DNA of 24,000 nucleotides from an uncultured Eubacteriales bacterium (GTDB taxonomy: Bacteria > Bacillota > Clostridia > TANB77 > UBA1234). The position numbers and the translations under genes were made by a program. The stretch is taken from contig CAYNRR010000015.1 in assembly GCA_964400015.1 (NCBI GenBank), positions 9,184 to 33,183 on the forward strand, written 5' to 3'. Below the pieces are notes generated by a model. The model was not told where the DNA came from. It did no database searches and saw nothing but the letters and a program-made list of their open reading frames with translations. Each line of letters begins with the position of its first letter. Positions within the stretch are counted from its first letter, which is position 1. Shown piece by piece: positions 1 to 10,448 of the stretch.

Positions 1-16
1 TCTTGAAAGAATTCGG

Positions 17-673
17 ATGGAGCGTGACAATATTTTCGTTTTAGTGAAGGCATCTGAACTTGCTGTTACAGACGAATTCTTACAGTATGTCCCACGAACA
101 GAAAAGCAAGCTAACCTGAAAATTGCAATAATGCAAGGTATTCTTGCAGGCTACAAAGACTTCTGGAAACCGATAGTAGATCCGTCATTCGATGCATACG
201 GCGATGGAATTCGCTATGAATTTGGAAAAAAACCTGCTGTAGGTAAAAACTTTGAATGGTGGAAAGATGTTGCTGATAAATTTTGGCCAGAAAGAAAAAG
301 CCGTTTAGGAACTAAAGCAGAGTACATTTCGTTCTTGGGGGTTTTGCTAAAAGAACTTGTTGCTTCTGGTGTTGAGCTTGAAAAAGCATGGTATCAGGTT
401 TGTGATAATTCCGAAGAATTAGGAATGTATTTTGGTGTACAAGGCTTAGAAATTGCAATTGGAGAAACTGGTATGTTCCCGGTATGTGGTTTTTATGATT
501 TTGCAAACACATACAAAATCGTCGAAAATGCTGAAGAAGAAAAAGTTTTTTCCTTTGTTGGTGGTGCCTATGATACTAATGGAATGGTTTCTCCATTAGC
601 TCAGTTAGGCGATAGAGTATGCAGTACTAATGCACAAGAAAGAGCGACAGGCTGGATAATTCTAGAAGAATAA
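17..673 (+). CDS. hypothetical protein, 218 aa, family not recognised; the frame is open back to the window edge, so it may be 5'-truncated
   Basis: ORF track. No stop in frame between position 2 and the ATG at 17. A hairpin terminator follows. The ORF looks more G+C-rich than the genes to its right. No motif I can name. Confidence 0.5.
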   Translation: MERDNIFVLVKASELAVTDEFLQYVPRTEKQANLKIAIMQGILAGYKDFWKPIVDPSFDAYGDGIRYEFGKKPAVGKNFEWWKDVADKFWPERKSRLGTKAEYISFLGVLLKELVASGVELEKAWYQVCDNSEELGMYFGVQGLEIAIGETGMFPVCGFYDFANTYKIVENAEEEKVFSFVGGAYDTNGMVSPLAQLGDRVCSTNAQERATGWIILEE

Positions 674-690
674 TATTTAAAAACTAAAAT

Positions 691-727
691 AAAGCGTGGA
701 TTGTTATAATTCACGCTTTATTTATTG
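691..727 (+). terminator. rho-independent terminator
   Basis: AAAGCGTG (691-698) pairs with CACGCTTT (712-719), followed by a T-rich run. Confidence 0.6.
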
Positions 728-791
728 TATCTCTTGTTTATAATAAAAAAGATTGATATTATATAGAAAAGCGAATGAAAGGAAAATAAAT

Positions 792-1358
792 ATGAAGAAG
801 AGAAAAATCATTAGTATTGCTGGAGATTTAAGTAGTGGAAAAACAACAGTTACAAAGCTTATGCAAGAAACTTTAAAATATGAAATTTATAGAAATGGAG
901 AATATTTTAGAAAACTAGCTGCTGAAAAAGGAATGAGTGTTACAGAATTTAATGTTTATGTAAAAGATCATCCGGAAATAGACCAACAAATAGAACAAAG
1001 TGCAAGAGAATATGCAGCCGAACGTGAAAATTTGATTATAGATGCAAGGCTTGGATGGTATGCAGTTCCAGATTCGTTCAAAATATATTTAAGAGTAGAC
1101 ACAGATGAAGCTGCTAGAAGAGCTTTTGGTGATCCAAACAGAAAAAAAACAGAGAACTTTTCAACAGTTGAAGAACAAAAACAAGACATGATAAAACGTT
1201 TCACACTTGAAAATGAGCGTTATTTTAATTTGTATGGCGTACATAAAGAAGATATGTCAAATTATGATTTTGTATTAGATACAACAAACTTAACACCGGA
1301 AGAAGTAAATCAAAAGATAATCGAAGCTTATGAAAAATGGTTAACAGATACATTGTAA
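792..1358 (+). CDS. cytidylate-kinase-like P-loop NTPase (AAA/CMP kinase family protein)
   Basis: ORF 753..1358. I prefer the ATG at 792 (MKKRKIISIAGDLSSGKTT), which has AAAGGAAAA upstream. It has a P-loop GxxSGKT at the N-terminus. Length and the IIDARLG...P.. segment fit small nucleoside-monophosphate kinases. Confidence 0.6.
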   Translation: MKKRKIISIAGDLSSGKTTVTKLMQETLKYEIYRNGEYFRKLAAEKGMSVTEFNVYVKDHPEIDQQIEQSAREYAAERENLIIDARLGWYAVPDSFKIYLRVDTDEAARRAFGDPNRKKTENFSTVEEQKQDMIKRFTLENERYFNLYGVHKEDMSNYDFVLDTTNLTPEEVNQKIIEAYEKWLTDTL

Positions 1359-1369
1359 AAACGCATAGA

Positions 1370-1396
1370 ACTTGCTTGAATTAAGCAAGTTTTTAT
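1370..1396 (+). terminator. rho-independent terminator
   Basis: ACTTGCTT (1370-1377) pairs with AAGCAAGT (1383-1390), followed by TTTTAT. Confidence 0.65.
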
Positions 1397-1432
1397 GCTA
1401 TACTCTGTTGAGCATGAAGGCCACATAAGGAG

Positions 1433-2494
1433 GTGAAAAAATTGAATTATTTGCTAAATAGAGATGAAAAAATCAAGGAATTACACAGAATATATAATGA
1501 TAATAAAATGATTCCAGATTTTATTGCAAATTTGTTAGAGATACCTGAAATCCAACGATTAAGTGGAGTAGATCAAAATTCGGGTGTTAATATGAGTGCA
1601 TTCAATATGTTTAATTACAAATATTCAATTTTGGATCATTCGTTAGGTGTAGCGCTTATACTTAATAATTTTGTAACAAATAATAATCAAATAATGGCAG
1701 CACTGTTGCACGATATTGCAACGCCAGCTTTTTTCAATAGTACTTACATAATTGAAGAAAAAAATTTTAATCCTAAAGAAGTAAAACTTACAGTGTATGA
1801 TGCGATAGTCGGTTCGGACAAATTGTTTGATTATATCACAAAAAATGAATTGTCTATAGACGAAATGTGTGACTATACTAAATATCCTCTTGGATATAAT
1901 TTTACGCCATGCTTAAGTGCCACTAAGTTAGAATATTTCTTACACACAATGTATTTAAATGAAATGTGTGATATAGAAAAAATAGAAGAAATATATAAAG
2001 ACATACTAGTTGTACCTAACGAGGAAAGTATGCCAGAATTTTGTTTTAACACTCCGGAAATAGCAAAAGAATTCTGTATAATGGCTTTAGAATGTGGAAG
2101 TATGTATCGTTCGTATGAAGCAAAAGCAACTATGAAATTTGTTTCAGATACAATTGCTGCAATGGTTAGAAGAGAAGTTATCTCAAGAAAAGATTTATAC
2201 ACGTATAGTGATCGTACAATAATGGAAATAGGGCTAAGCTGTAGCGATAAAAGAATAAGTGATAGATGGAAATACCTACCTTTGTTAAATAAAGTATATA
2301 TGCAATTTAACAAACTTGAAGATAAGACATGTAACAAACTGATTATGGAATTAAAATATATTGATCCACTAATAAGACTAAAAAACGGTAGAACTGTTAG
2401 AATGTCAGATTTTGATACAAGATGCAAAGAAAAAATAACTAGCTTTTTAAACTCTGATACAGATTTATATTTTTATATAGATTATGAAGATTAA
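1433..2494 (+). CDS. HD-domain phosphohydrolase family protein
   Basis: ORF track, 353 aa. H...HD signature (LDHSLGVAL ... AALLHDIATPAF). AAGGAGG lies at 1427-1433, so the real start may be the in-frame TTG at 1442. Confidence 0.6.
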   Translation: MKKLNYLLNRDEKIKELHRIYNDNKMIPDFIANLLEIPEIQRLSGVDQNSGVNMSAFNMFNYKYSILDHSLGVALILNNFVTNNNQIMAALLHDIATPAFFNSTYIIEEKNFNPKEVKLTVYDAIVGSDKLFDYITKNELSIDEMCDYTKYPLGYNFTPCLSATKLEYFLHTMYLNEMCDIEKIEEIYKDILVVPNEESMPEFCFNTPEIAKEFCIMALECGSMYRSYEAKATMKFVSDTIAAMVRREVISRKDLYTYSDRTIMEIGLSCSDKRISDRWKYLPLLNKVYMQFNKLEDKTCNKLIMELKYIDPLIRLKNGRTVRMSDFDTRCKEKITSFLNSDTDLYFYIDYED

Positions 2495-2537
2495 AAAACG
2501 AGCAATTCCTTTTGAGGGAAAAGCTCGTTTTTTATTT
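2495..2537. terminator. bidirectional rho-independent terminator between convergent genes
   Basis: AAAACGAGC (2495-2503) pairs with GCTCGTTTT (2523-2531). It has an A-run on one side and a T-run on the other. Confidence 0.7.
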
Positions 2538-2540
2538 TAA

Positions 2541-2816
2541 TTAGTATCTTTCAACCTTAAACAAGGCCGAATTAAATGTGGTTCCGCTGCCAGCACAGAA
2601 AGAACGGTAGAAGAACCGGTAGGTGTCACTTTCGTGGCACAAAATCGAAATTTTTACATTGTCGTTTTTCAGAAGAACCTGGCGTTCACCGGGTCTCAGA
2701 TTGCGAGGAAAAGAAAATCCGACTTCTTGGAGCTCATCTAAGCACAGTTGCACAAGCTGTTCCTCAGATTTCGTGTTGTTTTCACCGTTGACGAACTTGT
2801 AGCTGATGTTGCTCAT
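2541..2816 (-). CDS. small hypothetical protein (about 91 aa), compositionally atypical
   Basis: ORF 2541..2837. I prefer the internal ATG at 2816 (MSNISYKF...), which has GGTAGG about 9 nt upstream. It has its own consensus promoter and is visibly G+C-richer than its flanks. No family recognised. Confidence 0.45.
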   Translation of the reverse strand: MSNISYKFVNGENNTKSEEQLVQLCLDELQEVGFSFPRNLRPGERQVLLKNDNVKISILCHESDTYRFFYRSFCAGSGTTFNSALFKVERY

Positions 2817-2865
2817 AGAAAAAAACCTACCTTTCATTGTTACAAAAAGTATTTGTCACGTTTAG

Positions 2866-2895
2866 ATTATAACATTATATAGCAAATTATGTCAA
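2866..2895 (-). promoter_or_regulatory. sigma-A type promoter for the small minus-strand ORF
   Basis: On the - strand: TTGACA (2895-2890), an 18-nt spacer, then TATAAT (2871-2866). Confidence 0.5.
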
Positions 2896-2937
2896 TAAAG
2901 GTTTACGAAATTGTTCATAAAATTTTCACACAATATT

Positions 2938-2964
2938 TTAGCAATCGGTATTGACAAGTGCTAA
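2938..2964 (+). promoter_or_regulatory. CIRCE operator 1 (HrcA binding site)
   Basis: TTAGCAATC-N9-AAGTGCTAA versus the consensus TTAGCACTC-N9-GAGTGCTAA (2 mismatches). The -35 hexamer lies inside its spacer. Confidence 0.75.
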
Positions 2965-2979
2965 ACGTAGTGATATTTT
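2951..2979 (+). promoter_or_regulatory. sigma-A promoter of the hrcA-grpE-dnaK-dnaJ operon
   Basis: TTGACA (2951-2956), a 17-nt spacer, then TATTTT (2974-2979) preceded by TGA (extended -10-like). Confidence 0.55.
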
Positions 2980-2990
2980 TATTATAGTTT

Positions 2991-3017
2991 TTAGCACTCC
3001 GAAATTTTAAGTGCTAA
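2991..3017 (+). promoter_or_regulatory. CIRCE operator 2 (HrcA binding site)
   Basis: TTAGCACTC-N9-AAGTGCTAA, one mismatch to consensus. It lies between the promoter and the hrcA start. Confidence 0.85.
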
Positions 3018-3037
3018 ATATGGGGGAAGGTGATAAA

Positions 3038-4096
3038 ATGCTTTTAGATGATCGCAAAAAGCGTATTTTAGAAGCTGTTATCGAAGAATATAACGCCACT
3101 GCAGAACCGGTTGGTTCAAGCAAGATTGCAAACGATTACAACTTAGGTTTTAGTTCTGCAACCATCAGAAATGAGATGGCAAGCTTGGAAGAGCTTGGTT
3201 ACTTGGAACAACCACACATATCAGCAGGTAGAATACCTTCAAGTCAAGGATACAGGTTTTATATCGATTCGATAATGCAAGAAAAAAACTTGTCGGCTCA
3301 AGAAAAGAAAGTGATAGATGAAATCTTAAAAGAAGATGTAATAAAATTAGAAACTTTAATAAAAGATGCATCTAATATTTTAGCAAAACTTACAAACTAC
3401 GCTTCTATAGCAATTGGTCCGCAAATGACAAATTGTAAAGTAGAAGAAATTAAACTTGTAAAACTTGGGCATGATAGATTGATGATAGTTATTTTAGCAG
3501 ATAATGGTGTCATAAAAGAAAGTATTATCAAATATGATGGTATGCTTCCAGAAGAAAACATTGAGATTTTCAATACTTATTTAAATCATAGTCTAAAAGG
3601 AATGAATTTCGAGCAAATATATCAAAATATAAATGCATACGTTGAAAACGAACTATATAATATTAGCACGAATGTTATTCCATTAGTTAATGAACTAAAT
3701 AATTTATTGATAGACAAAGATGTAGAATTTCATATGGAAGGTGCTAAAAACTTATTAAGCTTGCCCGAAATGAAACAAGAAAATACATTGAAAAATTTTT
3801 TAAATATTATAGAAACTCAGGATGCGTTAAAAGAAATTGTTAAAAATGGTTATGACGGAAATATAAATGTTTATATAGGTCAGGAAAATGCATTTGAAGA
3901 TTTAAAAGATTTTACAATTATTACATATAAACAAAAGATAAATGACAAAGAGCTTGGTACAATTGGGTTAATTGGACCAAAAAGAATGGATTACAAGAAA
4001 GTTATTCCTGTAATTAAATATGTAGGCGATGTATTACAAGAGAAAATGAAACAAGGAGGAAATTTTGATGACGAACAAGACGGAACAAAACAATGA
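3038..4096 (+). CDS. hrcA: heat-inducible transcription repressor HrcA
   Basis: ORF 3011..4096. The ATG at 3038 (MLLDDRKKRILEAVIEEY) has GGAAGGTGA upstream. It has the N-terminal winged-helix pattern of HrcA, is the first gene of the CIRCE-controlled operon and is followed by grpE-dnaK-dnaJ. Confidence 0.9.
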   Translation: MLLDDRKKRILEAVIEEYNATAEPVGSSKIANDYNLGFSSATIRNEMASLEELGYLEQPHISAGRIPSSQGYRFYIDSIMQEKNLSAQEKKVIDEILKEDVIKLETLIKDASNILAKLTNYASIAIGPQMTNCKVEEIKLVKLGHDRLMIVILADNGVIKESIIKYDGMLPEENIEIFNTYLNHSLKGMNFEQIYQNINAYVENELYNISTNVIPLVNELNNLLIDKDVEFHMEGAKNLLSLPEMKQENTLKNFLNIIETQDALKEIVKNGYDGNINVYIGQENAFEDLKDFTIITYKQKINDKELGTIGLIGPKRMDYKKVIPVIKYVGDVLQEKMKQGGNFDDEQDGTKQ

Positions 4097-4580
4097 AGTG
4101 CAAAATGAGGAGGTTCAAGAAGTTTCAGTTGCAAGTCTACAAGAAGAACTTGAAAAACTAAAAGCTGAAAACGAAAAGTATTATGATCATTTGCAAAGAA
4201 CAGCTGCAGAATTTGATAATTACAAAAAAAGAGTGTCAAAGGAAAAAGAAAAAATTTATAATTTGGCAGTAGGGGATGTAATTACAAAATTCATTTCCGT
4301 ATTAGACAACTTAGAAAAAGCAACGTTAGCAGAATCAACAGATGAAAAACTTAAAGAAGGCGTTGAATTGATATACAAACAAATGGCTGATTTGTTTACA
4401 GGATTAAATGTTGAAAAAATAGCAACTTTAAAAGAAGAATTTAATCCAGATTTGCATGATGCAGTAATGCATGTTGAAGATAAAGAGTATGGCGAACAAG
4501 AAGTAATCGAAGAACTAAGAAGTGGTTACAAAATGGGCGATAGAGTGTTAAGACATGCAATGGTTAAAGTCGCAAACTAA
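4068..4580 (+). CDS. grpE: nucleotide exchange factor GrpE
   Basis: ORF 4065..4580. The ATG at 4068 lies 7 nt after AAGGAGGA. It has a coiled-coil N-terminus and a GrpE-like C-terminus (GYKMGDRVLRHAMVKV), and its operon position fits. Confidence 0.9.
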   Translation: MTNKTEQNNEVQNEEVQEVSVASLQEELEKLKAENEKYYDHLQRTAAEFDNYKKRVSKEKEKIYNLAVGDVITKFISVLDNLEKATLAESTDEKLKEGVELIYKQMADLFTGLNVEKIATLKEEFNPDLHDAVMHVEDKEYGEQEVIEELRSGYKMGDRVLRHAMVKVAN

Positions 4581-4593
4581 TAAAAATATATAG

Positions 4594-6477
<1,884 letters not shown>

Positions 6478-6495
6478 TTATAAATCTAAAATAAA

Positions 6496-6536
6496 GGGGA
6501 CGCTGTGATGAATTATAAAGTTCGCCATAGCGCCCC
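6496..6536 (+). promoter_or_regulatory. GC-rich intercistronic hairpin without a U-tract (dnaK-dnaJ)
   Basis: GGGGaCGCTGTG (6496-6507) pairs with CATAGCGCCCC (6526-6536): 11 bp, one bulge, one G-U pair. No T-run follows. Confidence 0.5.
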
Positions 6537-6562
6537 TAGACATGTATAAAGGAGAAAATAAA

Positions 6563-7699
6563 ATGGCTGAAACAAAACGCGATTATTATGAAGTCCTTGG
6601 TGTTGAGAAGTCAGCATCAGATGATGAAATAAAAAAAGCTTTTAGAAAACTTGCAAAGAAATATCATCCAGATGCTAATCCTGATAACAAAGAAGAAGCA
6701 GAAAGAAAATTTAAAGAAGTAAATGAAGCGTATGAAGTATTATCTGATCAAACTAAAAGACGTAACTATGATACATTTGGCCATAATGCCGGTGCAAATG
6801 GCTATAGCAGTGACTTTAGTGGATTTAGTGGATTCAACGGATTTCATTCTGCATATGGTAATGGATTCGAGGGTGATATAGACTTAAACGATATCTTTTC
6901 AGCTTTTTTTGGTGGAAGTTCAAGAAGAACTAATAAAAATGGTCCAGTAAAAGGAAGAGATATAAAAGCAAGAGTAGAGATTACATTTGAAGAAGCAGCT
7001 TTTGGAACTATAAAAGAAGTTACAATAAATAGAGATGAACAATGTACTACTTGTAAAGGTAGTGGTTGCAAACCAGGTACTTCAAAAGAAACTTGTAAAG
7101 TATGTGGTGGTTCGGGTCAAATTAGAGAAGGCTCAATGTTTATGCAAAGAATAAGAACTTGTGATCATTGTGGAGGCACAGGTGAAATTGTTTCTGAACC
7201 ATGTAGTGATTGTAAAGGAAGAGGCACAATCAGAAAACAAAGAAAAATAAAAGTATCGATCCCTGCAGGAATTGATAATGGACAAATAATTTCACTTAGT
7301 GGTGAAGGAGAACCAGGTCTAAGAGGTGGAACTTCTGGTAATTTGTATATAACTGTTTCTGTTAAAAAGCATCCTATCTTTGAAAGAAAAGGAGATAGCA
7401 TTTTTGGTAACGTGCATATTTCATTTGCACAAGCAGCTTTAGGAGCGATAATTGACGTTCCAACATTAACAGAGCCTGAAAAATACGATTTAGCAGAAGG
7501 AACACAAACAGGTTCTATCTTTACGTTAAAAGGTAAAGGAATAAAAAATGTTAACGGAAAAGGATATGGAGATTTATACTTTACTGTAATAGTAGATGTT
7601 CCTAAAAAGTTAAATAATACTCAAAGGGAAATTTTAAAACAATTTGCAGAGGCGAGTGGCGAAAGTTTTGAAACAGGTAGGAGAAGAAAATTTTTCTAA
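6563..7699 (+). CDS. dnaJ: co-chaperone DnaJ
   Basis: ORF 6542..7699. The ATG at 6563 follows AAAGGAGAA. It has a J domain with HPD ([10 protein letters not shown]), a G/F-rich linker and four CxxCxGxG motifs ([32 protein letters not shown]). Confidence 0.97.
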   Translation: MAETKRDYYEVLGVEKSASDDEIKKAFRKLAKKYHPDANPDNKEEAERKFKEVNEAYEVLSDQTKRRNYDTFGHNAGANGYSSDFSGFSGFNGFHSAYGNGFEGDIDLNDIFSAFFGGSSRRTNKNGPVKGRDIKARVEITFEEAAFGTIKEVTINRDEQCTTCKGSGCKPGTSKETCKVCGGSGQIREGSMFMQRIRTCDHCGGTGEIVSEPCSDCKGRGTIRKQRKIKVSIPAGIDNGQIISLSGEGEPGLRGGTSGNLYITVSVKKHPIFERKGDSIFGNVHISFAQAALGAIIDVPTLTEPEKYDLAEGTQTGSIFTLKGKGIKNVNGKGYGDLYFTVIVDVPKKLNNTQREILKQFAEASGESFETGRRRKFF

Positions 7700-7712
7700 A
7701 ATAAAGTAAGAG

Positions 7713-8462
7713 GTGAGAAAAATTTCAACATTTTATATAAAAAAAACTCAAATAAATGGAAATGAAATACGTGTGATTGGTGATGATGTAAATCATATAA
7801 AAAATGTTCTAAGATATAAAATAAATGATAATTTAGAAGCGTGTGATGAGTATGGTGAAAGATATTTTGCCAAAATTAGTGAATTTTTGCCTAATGAAAT
7901 TTTGTTAGAAATTATTGAAAAACTAGATAAAAATACAGAATTACCTGTAAAAATAGATTTATTCCAAGGCCTTCCAAAATCTGACAAAATGGACTTGATT
8001 GTTCAAAAGGCTACAGAACTTGGTGTTTCAAGTGTTATTCCTGTTGTAACAGACAGGGTTGTCGTAAAAATAGAAAATGGCAACGAACGCAAGAAATTAG
8101 AACGTTGGAATAAAATAGCCTTAGAGGCTGCTAAGCAATCTGGAAGGCAGATAATACCCACAGTTGAAAATGTCATGAATTTGGAAAAAATTATTGAAAA
8201 ACTTTCGAAATATGATATAGTTATAGTGCCTTTTGAGTGCGAAAAAGATAGTACTCTAAAGAATATATTAAAAAACGAAATAAATAAAGTTGAAAGCATA
8301 GCAGTAGTTATTGGCCCAGAAGGTGGATTTTCAGATAAAGATATTGAAACTCTTGAAAGATGTGCAAATACCAAAAAAGTTTCATTAGGCAAAAGAATAC
8401 TTCGTACAGAAACGGCTGGATTGGCTACTTTGGCAATGTTACTTTATGAATATGAACTTTAA
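7713..8462 (+). CDS. rsmE: 16S rRNA (uracil1498-N3)-methyltransferase RsmE
   Basis: 249 aa. C-terminal SPOUT motif VIGPEGGFS ... LGKRILRTETA. It sits downstream of dnaJ as in other Firmicutes. The start is uncertain because the GTG at 7713 overlaps the Shine-Dalgarno sequence AAGAGGTGA. Confidence 0.85.
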   Translation: MRKISTFYIKKTQINGNEIRVIGDDVNHIKNVLRYKINDNLEACDEYGERYFAKISEFLPNEILLEIIEKLDKNTELPVKIDLFQGLPKSDKMDLIVQKATELGVSSVIPVVTDRVVVKIENGNERKKLERWNKIALEAAKQSGRQIIPTVENVMNLEKIIEKLSKYDIVIVPFECEKDSTLKNILKNEINKVESIAVVIGPEGGFSDKDIETLERCANTKKVSLGKRILRTETAGLATLAMLLYEYEL

Positions 8463-8499
8463 TTAGTAATGTTTTATGCAAGGAAGGGTAAGGATTTAT

Positions 8500-9213
8500 A
8501 TGAATTACAGAGAAAGAACAAAATTGATTGACGGATTATGTGGTGCTTTTTTAATGGCACTTTTAGTAGAAGCATTTTATGGATTAGCAGATTACGCATT
8601 TACAGTATATCATTTTAGTATAACTTCGGTTACTAATATAGTATACATACTTTCTGGTATAATGCTTGCTATTGCAATAGCAATACTTATAATTGCTTAC
8701 AAAAAAGAAAATGGAACAGCAGCTACATATGGTGCAGAACTTTTAACACTTGCAATTACAGCCACAATAATTCCAGGAACATATGTTAGTTTACCAAGTC
8801 CGTTCAATAAATTAAATGTGATTTTTCCATTAGCATTTGGTATATATTATTTAGGTAAAGCCATGAAATTACTTTCTAAAGGTAAAAAATCTAATATTGT
8901 ATGTATGGCTATAATTGAATCAATACTTGCTTTGATATTAACATATGCAGTATACAATATTACAAAACCTTTATTCTTTGTTGGTTCTTTCATTACATTG
9001 ATCACATATATTATTTCTATTAAGAAAAAAGATAAACAAGTATGGATGCACGGTCTAGAAATAATGATAGTATCTTTCTTAATGCTTATAATGACTTCAA
9101 AGACAGCTTTAATATTCTTAGCTGTAGCGTCTGGAATTTATTATATGGCAAAAACAGCATATAGATTTTTTAACCCAATAACTTCAAATAAGAAAGAAAA
9201 AAGGAGAAAATAA
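8500..9213 (+). CDS. polytopic membrane protein, unknown function
   Basis: ORF 8476..9213. I prefer the ATG at 8500. It has roughly six hydrophobic segments and a Lys/Arg-rich tail. Confidence 0.6.
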   Translation: MNYRERTKLIDGLCGAFLMALLVEAFYGLADYAFTVYHFSITSVTNIVYILSGIMLAIAIAILIIAYKKENGTAATYGAELLTLAITATIIPGTYVSLPSPFNKLNVIFPLAFGIYYLGKAMKLLSKGKKSNIVCMAIIESILALILTYAVYNITKPLFFVGSFITLITYIISIKKKDKQVWMHGLEIMIVSFLMLIMTSKTALIFLAVASGIYYMAKTAYRFFNPITSNKKEKRRK

Positions 9214-10088
9214 TGATTAAAAGTATGACCGGATATGGTCAGGGAAAATATATAAATGACGGTAGAGAATACACGGTAGAAATAAAAGCAGTTAATCATA
9301 GATATAATGATATTACGGTTAAAATGCCAAGATATCTAAACTTCTTAGAAGATAGCATCAGGAAATATATATCAAGTTCTTTAAATAGAGGTAAAATCGA
9401 TGTATATATATCATTAAGAAATATGAGCGAAAAAGGTAGAGATATAAAAATTGATACCTGTCTTGCTGGTATGTATATACGTGAACTTAGAAAAGTTGCT
9501 GAAGAATATGATATAAAAGACGATTTTACCACAACATCACTTTCAAAAATGCCAGATTTATTTATGGTTGAAAACGAAAATTTAGATGACTTGTATTGGA
9601 ACGAATTAAAAAATGCATTAGATATAGCATTAAATAATATAAATGAAGCTAGAATTTCTGAAGGTGAGCGTTTAGCAAATGATATCACCAATAGATTAAA
9701 TACAATATCTCAAAGTATTCCAGTTGTCGAAGAAGCTTCTAAAAAATTGTTAGAAGAATATAAAACTAAATTGAAAAATAGAATTTCAGAATTAGATGCA
9801 AATGATATAGTAGATGAAAGCAGACTTGGAATAGAAGTTGTATTATTTGCTGATAAATCAAGTATTTGTGAAGAAATTACAAGATTAAAAAGTCACATTG
9901 AAAGTTTTAAAGAAATGCTTAATGCAGAAGGTCCAGTTGGCAAAAAGATAGATTTCTTAATTCAAGAAATGAATAGAGAAACTAACACCATTGGTTCAAA
10001 AGCTAATTCTATAGGTATAACGAAATATGTTATTGAAATGAAAAATGAAATAGAAAACATCAGAGAACAAATTCAAAATATTGAATAA
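9213..10088 (+). CDS. yicC: YicC/YloC family endoribonuclease (stress-induced protein)
   Basis: N-terminal MIKSMTGYG and C-terminal FLIQEMNRETNTIGSKA signatures. The ATG overlaps the upstream stop (TAATG). Confidence 0.9.
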   Translation: MIKSMTGYGQGKYINDGREYTVEIKAVNHRYNDITVKMPRYLNFLEDSIRKYISSSLNRGKIDVYISLRNMSEKGRDIKIDTCLAGMYIRELRKVAEEYDIKDDFTTTSLSKMPDLFMVENENLDDLYWNELKNALDIALNNINEARISEGERLANDITNRLNTISQSIPVVEEASKKLLEEYKTKLKNRISELDANDIVDESRLGIEVVLFADKSSICEEITRLKSHIESFKEMLNAEGPVGKKIDFLIQEMNRETNTIGSKANSIGITKYVIEMKNEIENIREQIQNIE

Positions 10089-10163
10089 AAAGATGATAGA
10101 AATAAATTGATAATTAAGATATAATATCTATAAAATTTATTATTGATTTATGGAGAGGATTAT

Positions 10164-10415
10164 ATGAAATTTATAAATATTGGTTTTGGTAATATTATTT
10201 CTAGTACTCGAATGATTGCGGCTGTTAGCCCAGAGTCAGCACCAATAAAAAGAATAATACAAGATGCTAGAGATAATGGCAAACTTGTTGATGCTACATA
10301 CGGCAGAAAAACAAGAGCTGTTATAATAATGGATAGTGAACATGTTATTTTATCTTCAGTGCAACCAGAAACAGTTGCAGGAAGATTAGAGGAAGATGCA
10401 GAAGACGAAAATTAA
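10164..10415 (+). CDS. remA: DUF370 protein, RemA/YlzA family regulator
   Basis: ORF 10143..10415. The ATG at 10164 follows [18 protein letters not shown]...SPESAPIKR...[13 protein letters not shown] is the typical DUF370 pattern, and the gene follows yicC as in Bacillus. Confidence 0.85.
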   Translation: MKFINIGFGNIISSTRMIAAVSPESAPIKRIIQDARDNGKLVDATYGRKTRAVIIMDSEHVILSSVQPETVAGRLEEDAEDEN

Positions 10416-10448
10416 GAACTAATATATTTTTATAGGGAGGTAAAATCC

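Noticed and set aside
2576-2791. A 71-aa plus-strand ORF antisense to the small G+C-rich gene.
   Set aside because: The product is Arg/Cys/His-rich and junk-like. It has no Shine-Dalgarno sequence and no promoter. The minus-strand frame has a Shine-Dalgarno sequence, a promoter and a terminator.
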